From the NCBI GenBank assembly GCA_965153285.1, contig OZ229114.1: 64,000 nucleotides of DNA; one strand, given 5' to 3'. Shown one piece after another: positions 1 through 11,910 of the stretch; position 1 is the first letter of the stretch; every line of letters begins with the position of its first letter. Under the pieces are notes generated by a model. That model was given only the letters and a program-made list of their open reading frames with translations. It did no database searches and was not told where the DNA came from. The DNA is from Podarcis tiliguerta (Eukaryota). The position numbers and the translations under genes were made by a program.

Positions 1-659
1 TTTATTTTATCAGCATGAAACAACTCTCTTGCTGCTTCTCTGTCACAATTGCTGCAGTTACTTTTCCAGGAGGTTATACAGGAATATAAAGTAGGTCATG
101 CTGTGCACTGTGGATTCCGTGCAATCCCAAATATGGAAACCTGCCTGTGCAGTCTATAAGTGGGACATTCTAGAAAGTTCTGGAAGATTAGAAGTGCCAC
201 CACTCTCTTCTTTACCCAGGTATTTTGGTGTTCTTTACATGGAGTGAGGGAGTTTAACCAACACCTTTTGGCTCAGTTTCTTTATGACCACGTAGTGAGC
301 AGCAGCAGAAAGGGATGTCTCATCATTTGGTAGTTCTGTAAGTTGTTGTTCTCATTCTCTTCCTCACCTCCAACTCTGTATGGATAGGGTATTGCTAAGC
401 CAAATGTGCCATGACTTCTTCCATCCCTTCCAAATTCTCTGAATTGGCCCGTCCTTGTCATTGCCTAGTTTGTCAACATTGTGAAGGCATCAGCCTTGTA
501 GAGCTTCTTGAACTCTTCATCAACACTGCCTTCGGAATCTTTAGGCTCAGAAGCCTTTTGCTACTCAGTGCCACATTACTGTATTTCATCCACCTAAGCA
601 GTTCTGGCTAAGCCTTGTGCCGGTGCCCCCTTTGTATCAGCACGTTAAGAAGCTTTATA

Positions 660-875
660 CAGTGGTACCTCTAGTTACGGACTTGATCCGTTCCAGGGTG
701 CTGTTTGCACCCCGAAAAGTCCGCAGCTAGAGTGCCACGTCTGTGCACGCGTGAGACACGCAGAGCGCTTCTGCGCATGCGCGTGCGGCGAAACCCGGAA
801 GTATACACTTCCAGGTTTGCCGCGTTTGTATCCTGAAAAAATGCAACCGGAGACTGACGTAACGAGGTACGACTG
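660..875. mobile_element. Non-autonomous Tc1/mariner-pogo (Tigger-like) DNA transposon (MITE)
   Basis: Left end CAGTGGTACCTCTAGTTACG; right end reads CAGTCGTACCTCGTTACG in reverse complement. TA on both sides (658-659, 876-877). CpG-rich interior. Confidence 0.85.
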
Positions 876-1009
876 TACAGGATCTCCTCCTAATACTCCT
901 ACTTGTTGCATCATTATTTTCTCAACCCTTTGACAGTGGCCAAACACTATAAACAGTTCAACATTGCCTACAACAGTGAAAGTTTTAAACCTAACTTAAT
1001 GGGCTGAAA

Positions 1010-1228
1010 GGGACGCAGGTGGCGCTGTGGGTTAAACCACAGAGCCTAGGACTTGCTGATCAGAAGGTCGGCGGTTCGAATCCCCATGACGGGGTGAGGT
1101 CCCATTGTTTGGTCCCTGCTCCTGCCAACCTAGCATTTCAAAAGCACGCCAAAGTGCAAGTAGAATAATAGGTACTGCTCTGGCGGGAAGGTAAATGGCA
1201 TTTCCATGCGCTGCTCTGGTTCGCCAGA
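1010..1228 (+). mobile_element. Sauria SINE, 3'-truncated
   Basis: GGGACGCAGGTGGCGCTGTGGGTTAAACCACAGAGCC head with B-box GGTTCGAATCCC. Colinear with the full copy at 36843-37208 up to GGTTCGCCAGA, then stops. Confidence 0.9.
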
Positions 1229-2158
1229 GACACGTGCTTCATTCCAGAAATTGTTTTCCTCTGTACTTCACAAAAGGAAAAGAAGGCAAAGAACCAGGAT
1301 CTCTCCTCCTTCCTCCTGGCCCCTTGCTGTTCACTGAGGAAGAGGTGTGAATTCTCACTGCATTTTTCATCTATCAAGTTGGGAGTGGGGGCAGGGGAAC
1401 AGGCATGATGCCGGCACACTTCCTCCCCATCCACCAGCATTGGGGGTTGCCTCTAGCACTTCAGCCATGAAGAGGCAAATGCAATCATAGACTCCCTACA
1501 TGTTGAAGCCAGTCTTCCAAAGATAGTTGTGGAATCTTTGAAAGCAGCAAGCAATGCTGATGTCTGTCCAGCATGACTTCAGAGGTGCCATTCACAATGA
1601 CAACACCTGTAATTCTCAACTGTCTGGGCATTTAGAGTGGGTTAACATGAACATTGTTGTGAGCACTTGATTCTTCTAAGCCTGTCCCTTTCCCACCCGG
1701 ACTGTCTAGTGCTGCTCTGCTGTTGAAGTAAGTTAATAAAATTGTTGACTCGATTGATTCTGAATTACACACTGTATTACTAAAAGAAATTAAATGCTAG
1801 ATGAAGACATCACTGCTTGGATGTCCTAGGATTCAAGACTTTGTTAGGCTAAAATACTGGGTTTTGTATAGAAACAATAATTTAGAAGAGGAAGTCTCCT
1901 TCTGAATGTCAACTTCCCAAATCATATACTCACAACAACATTAATACTTGTGTCAGACTTTAAAAATAAGTAATGATATACACAGCTTTTCCTTTATGGG
2001 CATCATCTCTGTGTAGGCAAAATCACCAGAGAGTGGTATTTTGGCTATTACATGCAGTCAATGCAAGGATTTCTGCTTGCACACTAGGACTTCCTCCCCT
2101 CTCTTCCCCTTGTTCCTGTTCTTTGCCCTCCTCTAAACTACTCCGGAGGGCATGCAGG

Positions 2159-2407
2159 CAGGGCTGTAGCTAGGGGGTGGTGAGGTGGGCCCCCGCCAGG
2201 GGCGCACAAAATCAGCTTTAAAATATGTCCATAAATATAAATATTGAGTATTGCCTCATAAGAAATGGTTTTAAATAGAGGGTGAATTGAATGGGTGGAG
2301 GGAGGGGGTTGTAGGAAAGGCAGCAAGAAGAGCTAATTTGTCCATGGCTAGGGGGTGCAATCTGGACGGTTCTGCCAGGGGCGCAAAATCACCTAGCTAA
2401 GGCTCCG
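2159..2407. mobile_element. hAT-type MITE
   Basis: Imperfect 16-bp TIRs (CAGGGCTGTAGCTAGG vs rc CGGAGCCTTAGCTAGG, 12/16) and a perfect 8-bp TSD CATGCAGG at 2151-2158 and 2408-2415. Confidence 0.8.
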
Positions 2408-3357
2408 CATGCAGGGGGAGAAAAGGGAGAGAATGTTCTATTGGTCAAGCAGAAATCTTTGTGCTGATGGAGCTTTCACTTTAGCACTATGTTGAATACA
2501 ACCTAGACATGATTCTGCTGAGAAGGGATAATGGGGCAAGTCCATTAGGAGCGGGGAACCAAGCAATAGGAAAATAAAGACAAGAAAATAATAGAGAGAA
2601 CTATTTGACTTGGGGCAAATGAGCGATTTTATAACAGGAAAAAGCAGCTAACATATTAATCCCTGCTGTGCAGCCTCTGTGTTCTTTTTGCAAATGATTT
2701 CTGAATGTCATCTAATCCTTCTAAAACTTAGGAAATACAGGCTTGTCTCTGTATGCAATGCTATGTAATCAGAGGAAATTAACCAGATGACGTGAAGGGA
2801 GCTAACTAAATTGATAAATCATTGACGGTAAGGAGTTGTGTATGTACTGCATCTAATTGCATTTTGTAAATTAATGCCCAACATGTTCCTGAAGGGTTGG
2901 TGAACATATATGCAAAAATATGCTAAAATACCCCAGTGAGGCTTTGAAATCTGCCTGTTCATAGATCATTGTGCACATCACCTTCAATTGCTCTGGACAG
3001 CTTCTAACAGGGACTTTTTGCAGCCCTTCAATTTATGCAGTGGAAATTCACAATGGAAATTGAACAAGCCTCAGAGTCACGGAATAAATCAAATCTCATT
3101 TCTCCGTGTGTGGAGGGTGGACTTTTTGTCCTGTCCCTTTGCCTTTCCAGCAACTTTTAAATTGTACTGTTTTCACACCACCAGGTCAGATCCACCTTTC
3201 CTTTTAATGATCAGTTCTTAGTGCTTGGCCACTTCCCTGAACCTTAAAAAAAAAAAAAAGAGCTAATGGCTTCTCAGATGCCTGGTGCCTTGCTATAGCT
3301 CTGTAACTTTAATTCTTGCATGAGAATTGTTAGGCAGAAAGAATGATGGCCCTCTCA

Positions 3358-3655
3358 AGAATATAGGAAGCTGCTTTATATTGAATCAGGCCATTGAGCT
3401 CATGTATTCTCTGCACCAATGATGGTAAACCTGTGGCCCTCAAGATTTTGCAGGGCTACAGTTCCAGTCATCCCTGAGCCATGCTCGCTGGGGCTGATGG
3501 GATTTAGAGGGCCAGAGGTTTCCCAATCCTTGTCTGTACCAACTGGTAGTAGTTCTCCAGGAAAGGGAGTCTTTCCCACCTCTTTCTGGAGACACCAGGA
3601 ATTGAACCTGGAAGACCAGGTTGTGCATACTAAGGAGACACTGTACTACTGAGCC
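3358..3655 (-). mobile_element. Degraded tRNA-derived SINE interrupted by a short palindromic MITE (~3417-3532)
   Basis: The reverse strand has a tRNA-like head (GGCTCAGTAG...GGTTCAATTCCTGG). The tail AGAATATAGGAAGCTGCTTTATA matches the copy at 46557-46745. The internal AACCTGTGGCCCTC...GAGGGCCAGAGGTT insert is flanked by TCTGCACC/TCTGTACC. Confidence 0.6.
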
Positions 3656-4596
3656 TTGAGCATTCTTTAGGCTCACATGTAACACAGTTGGTTGGCAGTA
3701 CAGGCCAGAATTCCTAAATGTTTTCTATGAAATGCTTCTTTCACTGATAAGAAAATCTTAAATGATTTGAATGCTCCGCTTCTTTTCTTTTATCATTTAG
3801 GCCAGGGGTGGCGGGTGACCTCTGGCCTTCCATATGTTGGTCTGCAGCTTCCATCAACTCCAGCCAGAGGTTCCCCATGGATAAACATACAGGATGTAAA
3901 TAAGGTTACTCAGGGCTGTAAATACTGTAACATCAGAATATTGGGCTGCAGTCTGGAGAACTGCACAATTCCCCTCTCTGTCTATTTTTAAGGCAGATAT
4001 TTGGACACCAAGACTGGCACTATAAAAGAGGATTGCCCTCATTTTTATTGTATACTTGGAATCCTATTGATTCTCTGCCTCTTTGTAGAGAGGAGGGCAG
4101 AGTTTTCTTTTATAGCCATGAGAGACTGATGTAACCACTTTCCAAAATCTTAAACAGAATGGCTTGTTTCAGATCCACCCAGCATTTCTTTAGTAGCCCC
4201 TACAGAGTCCACACCCAAGCCTTAGCAGATATGGTTCGGCATGTTGGATTTGTGCACTACTTGGTGGGGGATATTGAAGAAGTGGATTTTGGGGTGTTTG
4301 CTGTAAATTCTTAGTCTAATAGTTATGCATAGTACTAGTCTCTCCTGCCTTAACCATTGCTTGAGAACATTTTTTGTTGGGGGGGGGGGTAGTGCTTTTT
4401 GCACTCTTGAAAAACCTGACTGGCATTTTCTCCCCTTCTGAGTTGTACTTACTAAAGGTTGCAATGATGAGACTAGCCATAGCATATACGTTTGCTCATG
4501 GCCATGAAGGGTTATCTTTTCCAAAGCCTACCTCACTATCAGGGCTTACAGTTCTACTCATTCCCTCATCCTTGATGGGGAGCCATATGCCTAGAT

Positions 4597-4680
4597 CAGA
4601 GGTTTTCAACCTTTTTGAGTCCACGGCGCCCTTGACCAACTACATTCTTTCTGTGGCACCCCTGTGGGCCTCAGGAGCCC
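4597..4680. mobile_element. hAT-like DNA transposon end fragment
   Basis: CAGAGGTTTTCAACCTTTTTGAGTCCACGGCGCCCTTG resembles hAT/Charlie-type termini. No partner end found. Confidence 0.45.
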
Positions 4681-6471
4681 AGTTATCTCACCCCTTGCCT
4701 GTAGATCTGGCACCCTCTCACCCTTTCTCAAACACACTCACTTGTGGAGTGTTCCCTCAGCCTCCTCTCCTCTCCCCTCTCATTGGGAGTCCTCTGAGCT
4801 GCCCCTCCCCCACCCTCTAAGAGATGTGCTTCCTCACATTGCCCCACAGAGATCTGGGACTTGTCTGCCCATTCCCAACAGTGGGTCTACAGCTCCCAAG
4901 TCTCTAAAAGCTTTTTGATTGCACTGTAGGGACAAAGGTTAATACTGGCTCTTTGTTTTGTAAAGGCAATTTCTTCCAGAAGAAATCTATCAGGCCTGTA
5001 TGTGTGTGCCCAGCACAAAGAAGTCAGCTGCCTTGCCTGGACCTGCAGCAGCCTCTAGGGTGGAGTTTGGCAGATGTTTTGCATTGGCAGTGGTATCATG
5101 AAGGGTACAGCAACGAATTGCTCCCCTGATTAAATCTGCAGGGTGCACTTTAGGGAATCGGGATTGAATTACCGGAGCTGGAACTTGTTCAAAAGCCTGA
5201 GGATCATCCCTGCTGTGATTAACAACAAAAACAAACCAACTGTTGGTTCTCTTCTGCTTCAGACATGAACTCCCTGGGTTGCACCTGTGCCCCTACTCCC
5301 CCCACCCAGTGCATTGCATAAAAGAGGGGAGTGGTAACTATTATGGATTCTGTAGGCAAGATTATCTGCATTTTGCCGTGGAAGTGGGGGAGATAAGTTC
5401 AGTTAAATAAAAAGGAAAGGTGTATTGGCTTTTTGATTAAACAAAGCATCTCAATATATAACATAGACCTTTTCAGTTTTGCTCTATGGAAGCTTACATT
5501 TTTTAAGCAACAGGAGTAGGTTCTGTTGGAGGTGATATCCTCTGGTGTGAGAGCTATCTCACCCTTCCCTGCACCTGCGCCAGTGATCCTTCCTTCTGAT
5601 CACCATTGCCTGTTTGAGCTTTGCCTTCCCACTTCCTAACTGCAGTTTGCCCCATGATGTTATTGTGCCCCCTTTTTGTCAGTTGTAGTCCTAAGAAGCA
5701 ATTTATCTGGGTGCCCAGCCTCAGTGACCTGTTACACAAATCATGGTAGTAGTATTCGTGATCTAGAACTAACCTTACTATGGGTTATAACACTAATTTT
5801 GCCATAGCAACTTCGAAGAAAGGACTGGTGCTGCTTTGGAATGATAGGGAATAAAGAAACAATAGTGTTTGTTTAAAAGAACAATAATTCTTGAGAATTG
5901 GAGGGGGGGCAGTTTGAGAGAAGTGCTAATGTGCCTGGATTGAATAAGGAAAAGGAGTGCAAGCAGCATAAATGGTATTTTCCCTAGTGAATTGTAGCCA
6001 CGTGATTCTCATTGACTTGAATGGGTGTCGTGCTGCTAAAACACTTTTAAATTCAGCCCATTTAATGGCCAGGCTGGGAGCCAGCGGGAAATTACTGCCG
6101 TTGCTAATGCATGCTTGCATCTTTGCAAAATCTGAGAGTAAACCTAGGTGGAGGAACTGTGGGTTTTGTACTCTCCTCTCCACCTCCAACCACATCATTT
6201 TTCCTCTTCACTGAAACTCTGCCCAAGTCAGACTGTGGTCCCTGCCCCCACTACAGTCTTGAACAGTGCACAGCACAAGGCCTGATCTAGTTGGTAACTT
6301 TGAACTACTGCTAGACCATTTTACTGTGTCCTCAATCTTGGCTGTGTGGAGAAGTGATTTGTTAGCCTCTTGGAGTATTGCAACAATAATGTCGTCTACT
6401 GTGCAGTAAAGCAAATGAAAGATGATTTTCTCCCCAGATTTCCAGCTGTGTTGGCCTTGGGGTCCTGGCTG

Positions 6472-7020
6472 TGTGATGACTCCAGAGTCTAGCAGCAAAC
6501 CAGACTCTGAGGCTGCAGAGGCTGTAGCTAAGGAGCTGAACCAGATTCAGGGCTCTGGGCCTGCTGTTGGGAGATTGGAAGACCAGTGAGGCTGGCTGAC
6601 AGGAGCACCCAAAACAATCTCTCACACCACCAGGATCTATAGGACCAAGACCCTAATGGGAGCTTTCCCCCTCAGCCTGAGGAACAAAATGCCTCTCACA
6701 ATAGCAGCACAGAGACAAACATAGGCAGGAGGCTATGGAACAGAGGAAGAGTGCCTGTCTTCCAGGCAGAGGATTGGCCCTTTAAAATCTAAAGTTATCC
6801 ACAAAGGCAAGGAGCCTGGGAAAGGCAGTCTGGGTAGCAGAGACTAAAGAAGACTCAGTCTGCTCTCACCCTTTGTTGAATGAGTAAGTTGCTTGCTCAG
6901 AGCTATCCATGGTTCTGCAGCTCCTGCCTTGCCTTACATCTGACTGGAAGAGGACATACTGCATCCCTTTTTGGAGGCTCACGAGCCTGAGTCCTAATCT
7001 CTGTATCCAAAATCCCTACA
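6472..7020 (+). mobile_element. Possible solo LTR (Gypsy-like), degraded
   Basis: Begins TGTGATGAC and has purine-rich internal text resembling squamate LTRs. No clear TSD; boundaries uncertain. Confidence 0.3.
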
Positions 7021-7413
7021 ACATGTTGTTGGTCACATTTATGATTTGGTTAGGAACATTCCCATGAAATAAAATGTAAAATAGAAAGTGTCAACAAGAT
7101 TCTGGAGTTCCATTAAGTTATGTGCACTTCAGTCAAAGATGAGAGTGCCTGTTCCACTCCACCCATTTCTATTAATGCTATGTATCCTTTGGTTGCAAGA
7201 TCCAGTTTGTTCAAAAATGTAAGAAATACTGCCCAAAAACTCCTAACGTGTTGTTCCTCTCCACTAGAGGAACAAATAGGACAGTTTTGCTCTAATTCTG
7301 TCTCTGATAATTCTCCCAAGGTGCTATTCTTTTCCGTCAGAGAGGAGGGATCAGGAAGAAAAGGACAATATTGTTCTAATTCTGTCAAAGCCATTTACTT
7401 GCCATTTATGTTA

Positions 7414-7683
7414 AGAACATAAGAAGCATTTGTTGGATCAGGCCAATGACCCATCTAGTCCAGCATCCAGTCATCACATTGACCAAACAGATGCTGGTTG
7501 GGAAATCAGCAAATAGGACCTGAGCACAAAAGCACTTGCCTCTCTTGTGGATTCCAGCAATTGATATTCAGAAGCATACTGCTTCCAACCATGGAGCCAG
7601 AGCATAGCCATCATGGCTAGTAGCCATTGACAGCCTTCGTCTCAATGATAATCCTATTTTAAAGCCATCCATGTTGATGGTCA
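7414..7683 (-). mobile_element. CR1 LINE 3' end fragment
   Basis: AGAACATAAGAAG...GGATCAGGCCAATGACCCATCTAGTCCAGCATCC...GGCTAGTAGCCATTGACAGCC...TTTAAAGCCATCC is the reverse complement of a typical squamate CR1 3' end. Confidence 0.75.
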
Positions 7684-8231
7684 ACTGTTCTACACCACAG
7701 TCATTTAGGGAATCTAGGCATTTTACCTTTTATCAGAGGTGGAACGCATATGCAGCCATTCTATGTGAGGATACTTGAAGCCACTCATTACTACAACAAA
7801 ATTCCCATGAATTTTATCGGTCACCAGAAATTCTTTGTTGCATTGAAAATGCAAACTAGGCCCAGGTGGCAGTGCAATTTTGTTTTGAACAATTTTGAAG
7901 TTGGCAAATGTTTGGTTTATTTTGGAAAGTATGCCCTTGGTTAATGCAAATCATTGACTTTGGCTACTGAGGGATGTTCTTAAAAGCTATGAACACTTAA
8001 TTCATATGTGTTCCTTCCAGCTGAACTAATGAATGTATACAGTAAAAAATAGAGAGCACAGCTAAAGTAAAAAGAGCCAAATTTGTCTGGGAAGAGAATG
8101 TCTTGCCAGGTTCAGTTGTGTATCCTCTTTAAAGGGCTCCAGCTACTTTACTGTTGCCAGAATGGTACACCCACCCACCCACAGAGAGAGAGAGAACATA
8201 AGACCATTTCTAACAGCATACTTGCTAGGCA

Positions 8232-8407
8232 TGCCTGAGGGAGGAGCTGGACTCCAGGACAGTAACCTGTCTTCCCCAAATACCATGTATAAGAAGAAGA
8301 AGAAGATTCTTCTTCTTCTTCTTCTTCTTCTTCTTCTTCTTCTTCTTGCCTGAGGGAGGAGCTGGACTCCAGGACAGTAACCTGTCTTCCCCAAATACCA
8401 TGTATAA
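8232..8407. repeat. 61-bp direct duplication flanking an inverted (GAA)n/(TTC)n microsatellite
   Basis: 8232-8292 is identical to 8347-8407. The spacer is a GAA run followed by a TTC run. Confidence 0.9.
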
Positions 8408-8549
8408 NNNNNNNNNNNNNNNNNNNNNNNNNNNNNNNNNNNNNNNNNNNNNNNNNNNNNNNNNNNNNNNNNNNNNNNNNNNNNNNNNNNNNNNNNNNNN
8501 NNNNNNNNNNNNNNNNNNNNNNNNNNNNNNNNNNNNNNNNNNNNNNNNN
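8408..8549. other. Assembly gap (142 N)
   Basis: Run of N. Confidence 1.
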
Positions 8550-8934
8550 TCTACTTTCTACTCATTTGTAATTTCTGCTAGTTGAGTTTAGTATCCGTAG
8601 TACATTATCTGAAGAATGTAGTGAGACTCAGCTGATAGCTCCATCTGCTTGAACTAACATACGAGAATGACTTGATTCTGTGGTTAGTCGTACGGATAAC
8701 TGCTGATAGTCTGAAACAGCACTGCTGTAAAAACCTTTCAATTTGGATCATGAACCACAGCCTGCTTAGCCATTCTGTCTACAGCTCAGCATATTTGTCT
8801 GTGGAAAAGTGGTCTCCTGCTTCAAATTCTGGCATTGTGTGTTCTATGCCTCTACAATAAAACGGAGCAGGGCACTTCGATTGATCAGGCTCTAACTATG
8901 TAACTATTGTGGATGCTGGTTTTAGTCCAGGGCT

Positions 8935-9642
8935 ACTGCTTTAAATTTCTATTCCGCCTTTCCACACAATAGTGTTCAAGATAACAACAACAAATGAGAT
9001 ACAATGCAGAATAAAGTAATTGCACAAAATACTCAGCTGTTTATAGAACAAGTAAAAAACAGATCAATAAAGCAGTGGCTATTTAACAAAAGGCAGGCAG
9101 TAGATGAAACAGATCAGTGGAACTGGCCAAAAGCCTGTCTAATTCGAAAGGTGTTCACTTGTCAAAAGATCGCTAGAGAAATAAGGCTTCCTAAGAAGGG
9201 AGTTCCAGGGCCTGTGCAGCCACTAAGAAGGACCCTTTTCAAGTTCCACCAAATGAATGGTGGCAGGACAGAGAGAGGAGCCTCTTCTATAGATCTTAAA
9301 ACCCAGGCACGTTTGTATGGGAGAAAGTGGTCCTTAGGGTCACCTCAACCAAAGCTGTTTAAGGCATTGTTGAGCATCACCAGCAGTTTGAATTGCACTT
9401 GGAAATGGACTGTTGGCCAGTGAAGATGTTGTATGCAGAAAGTCACATACTGCCTATAACCAGCCCCGGTTAGCATCTTGGCTGCAGCATTCTGAACCAG
9501 CCGAAGTTTCGAAGCACTCTACATAGGCAACCCTACACAGAGTGAAAATACAGTAGTCCAGATGAAATGTAACCAAGACATGTGTCATATGGCCAGATCT
9601 GAAATTTCTAGGAATGGACACTGTACACTAGCCATAACTGTG
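8935..9642 (-). mobile_element. L2-clade LINE 3' fragment, decayed
   Basis: The reverse strand near 9450-9590 gives frameshifted HVLVTFHLDYC... matching the L2 C-terminal HALVTSRLDYCN...KLQLVQNAAAR motif, followed by 3' UTR-like sequence toward 8935. Confidence 0.7.
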
Positions 9643-11294
9643 AAGGGCCATTCATGTAATGGTTCTAATGTATGTTCCTTAATAAATACCTTAAATTAAA
9701 CTAGATTCAGATACATTCGCTACTTCTTCATTTGCTGAGATAACACGATGCTTGTTAATGTGTTGAGTGCTCTAAGGAACATTAGGCTGAATTGAAAAGA
9801 AGTTGAGGGAGGGATTAAAAATATATATAGAAACCATGGAAGCTTGGACAAAGCTTCTCTTGGTCAGGAGTAGTGTTTATGCACAATTCCCTTCCCTTGT
9901 CATTTGTGCAGTTATATATTACCTTTTACCTTGCTATCTCGCTTCCCCAAGGCCTCACCTAAATGTTCAGCACACTATGAAAGACTAAGTGTTGCAGTAA
10001 ATTACAAAATAGTTCCGAAAGTATGCAAATTTAATTTAGTAAATAATTACTCTTGAGTGAGGAATTGGGATTTTGGTGGAATTGAGCTGAACACTGTTAA
10101 TGGATCTCAGATGAATATTGTGGGTGGTCCAGTCACAGTCTAGAAATCTAGAAACAGTTACAAAATGTGCTGAGTGTTTTGTTTTTATTTAACATCTAAT
10201 TATTTAGTTACATACTTTGTCTTTGCTGCTTCTAGGAATTAATTCCAGCAGAGACTTCAGCTGCATCAGCAAATTCTTAAGATGCTGTCTGCAGACTGAT
10301 ACAATTTTTCAGCTTTTTCTGTATTAATTAGAACACTCTTGTAAAATTTGTCAATTATCTGTTGTTTTATGTACAGATGCAGTCACTTCTTTCCAGTTAA
10401 AGTGATAAGTCTTTCAGTTACAGGAAGAAATTATATTAGCAGCTAATAGTTTCCAGAGACATGCTTTTGGATAATGGATGGGCATGTTAAGTGTAGGACC
10501 ATTTTTGTGACATACAGTGCTTAATTAACTTTATTTGTTTTGGAAGAATGCATAGGAAATAGCTGTTTAAATTAAACATTGGGCTGATCTGTCCCATCTA
10601 GCTGTATTCTGGAAGGTAAACACTGCAGGTCTAGCAGTTCATTATATTTTGCTTTGAAAGGGCTTTGGTTAGGATGGTCTTCCCCAACCTGGTGTGTGCC
10701 AGATGTGTTTTGGACTATAACTTCCATCAGCTTTCTGTTACAGGGATAATATAGGTTGCCACTTTCAAAAGAAACTAAGGCAATTGCATCTTTGGCCTAT
10801 CTTCTCAGCTGTTTCTGAAATAACCTCATGACAGATATTACTGCGAGTTCGTATGGCCCCCTTTGTGTGCTCAAATTAGGAGGGGGGAAAGCAAAATAGG
10901 GGCACTAATTGCACAACCTTCCTTGTTTCCAAGGTAGCTATTAAAATCTTAACACTTTTCGATTTCCCATATATGCAGTTCCACAGTCCCCAGAGCTACA
11001 ATTATTTCCTTGCCGTGGGGCGTTTATTTTTTCTTGTTACTAAACCTATAAGAGAGGTCATGGAGTGAAGGCCTATTCAGTGATAACATGGTGAAAGATA
11101 GATCTAATCTTCAACAATACATACCTGTGTGAAAATGGTTACAAGTTCCTTCTTAAAGCGAGAATCTGACGGGTTTCCTCCTCATAAGGAACATCATTTT
11201 CAAATGTTGCAACAAACAGGCTATCTTTACATGTGCACAAGAAATGTGACTCATGAAAGAGCATTTAGACTATAGCCCCAGCCTGAAGTACCCT

Positions 11295-11334
11295 TGACGT
11301 TTTATATAGAAGTGTGACGTTTTATATAGAAGTG
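11295..11334. repeat. Perfect 20-bp tandem duplication
   Basis: TGACGTTTTATATAGAAGTG x2. Confidence 0.95.
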
Positions 11335-11444
11335 TTCCTGATATGCAGAATATAATAATCTGAATTTTTTTAGTGCCAATTACCCAAATCAGGCACATTC
11401 ATAGCACACATGCCCCAAACACCATCTTTTGATATTGTTGACAC

Positions 11445-11910
11445 CCATCTGTCTCGATAGACAATGGAAGAATGTGCCATTAGGGGTAAGTCAAATTGTT
11501 GGAGAGTTACAGCACCTGCTGTAGCTGTAGAGACCAATATGAAAGAGACATGTTTTGATGCAGCTGGGGCAGATGAAGGTGTCCGCTTCTGCTGATGCAT
11601 GTGTACTATGGTGTTTCTTCTCTCTGTGGTCCTCCTAGCGGTCATTTCTCCTCTTGTCACTGCTGACTGTCTCCAGACATTGCAGTTTTAATGTTGCCAG
11701 CCTTCATATCATGTTTGCAGACATCTTTATAACATGATCTGCCAGCAGGCCTGGAGCCTGGAGCCAGCTCCTTGGGGATCCTGCCATCTTCCATTCTGTG
11801 TCCAAGACCAAGCCAGTGTAGATGTCACTGAGACAGAAGCGTGAACATGCTGAGAATGTTGGCTTGGAAGAGCACATCTTTGTTTGAGACTCTGTCCTGC
11901 CATGTGATGT
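11445..11910 (-). mobile_element. RTE-clade LINE 3' fragment, decayed
   Basis: The reverse strand encodes ITWQDRVSNKDVL...WLGLGHRMEDGRIPKE...YKDVCKHDMK and a terminal FICPSCIKTC...IGLYS Cys-rich motif typical of RTE ORF ends. Contains stops and deletions. Confidence 0.8.

Noticed and set aside
8143-8394. Poly-Arg / poly-Leu ORFs
   Set aside because: Translations of the GAA/TTC microsatellite.
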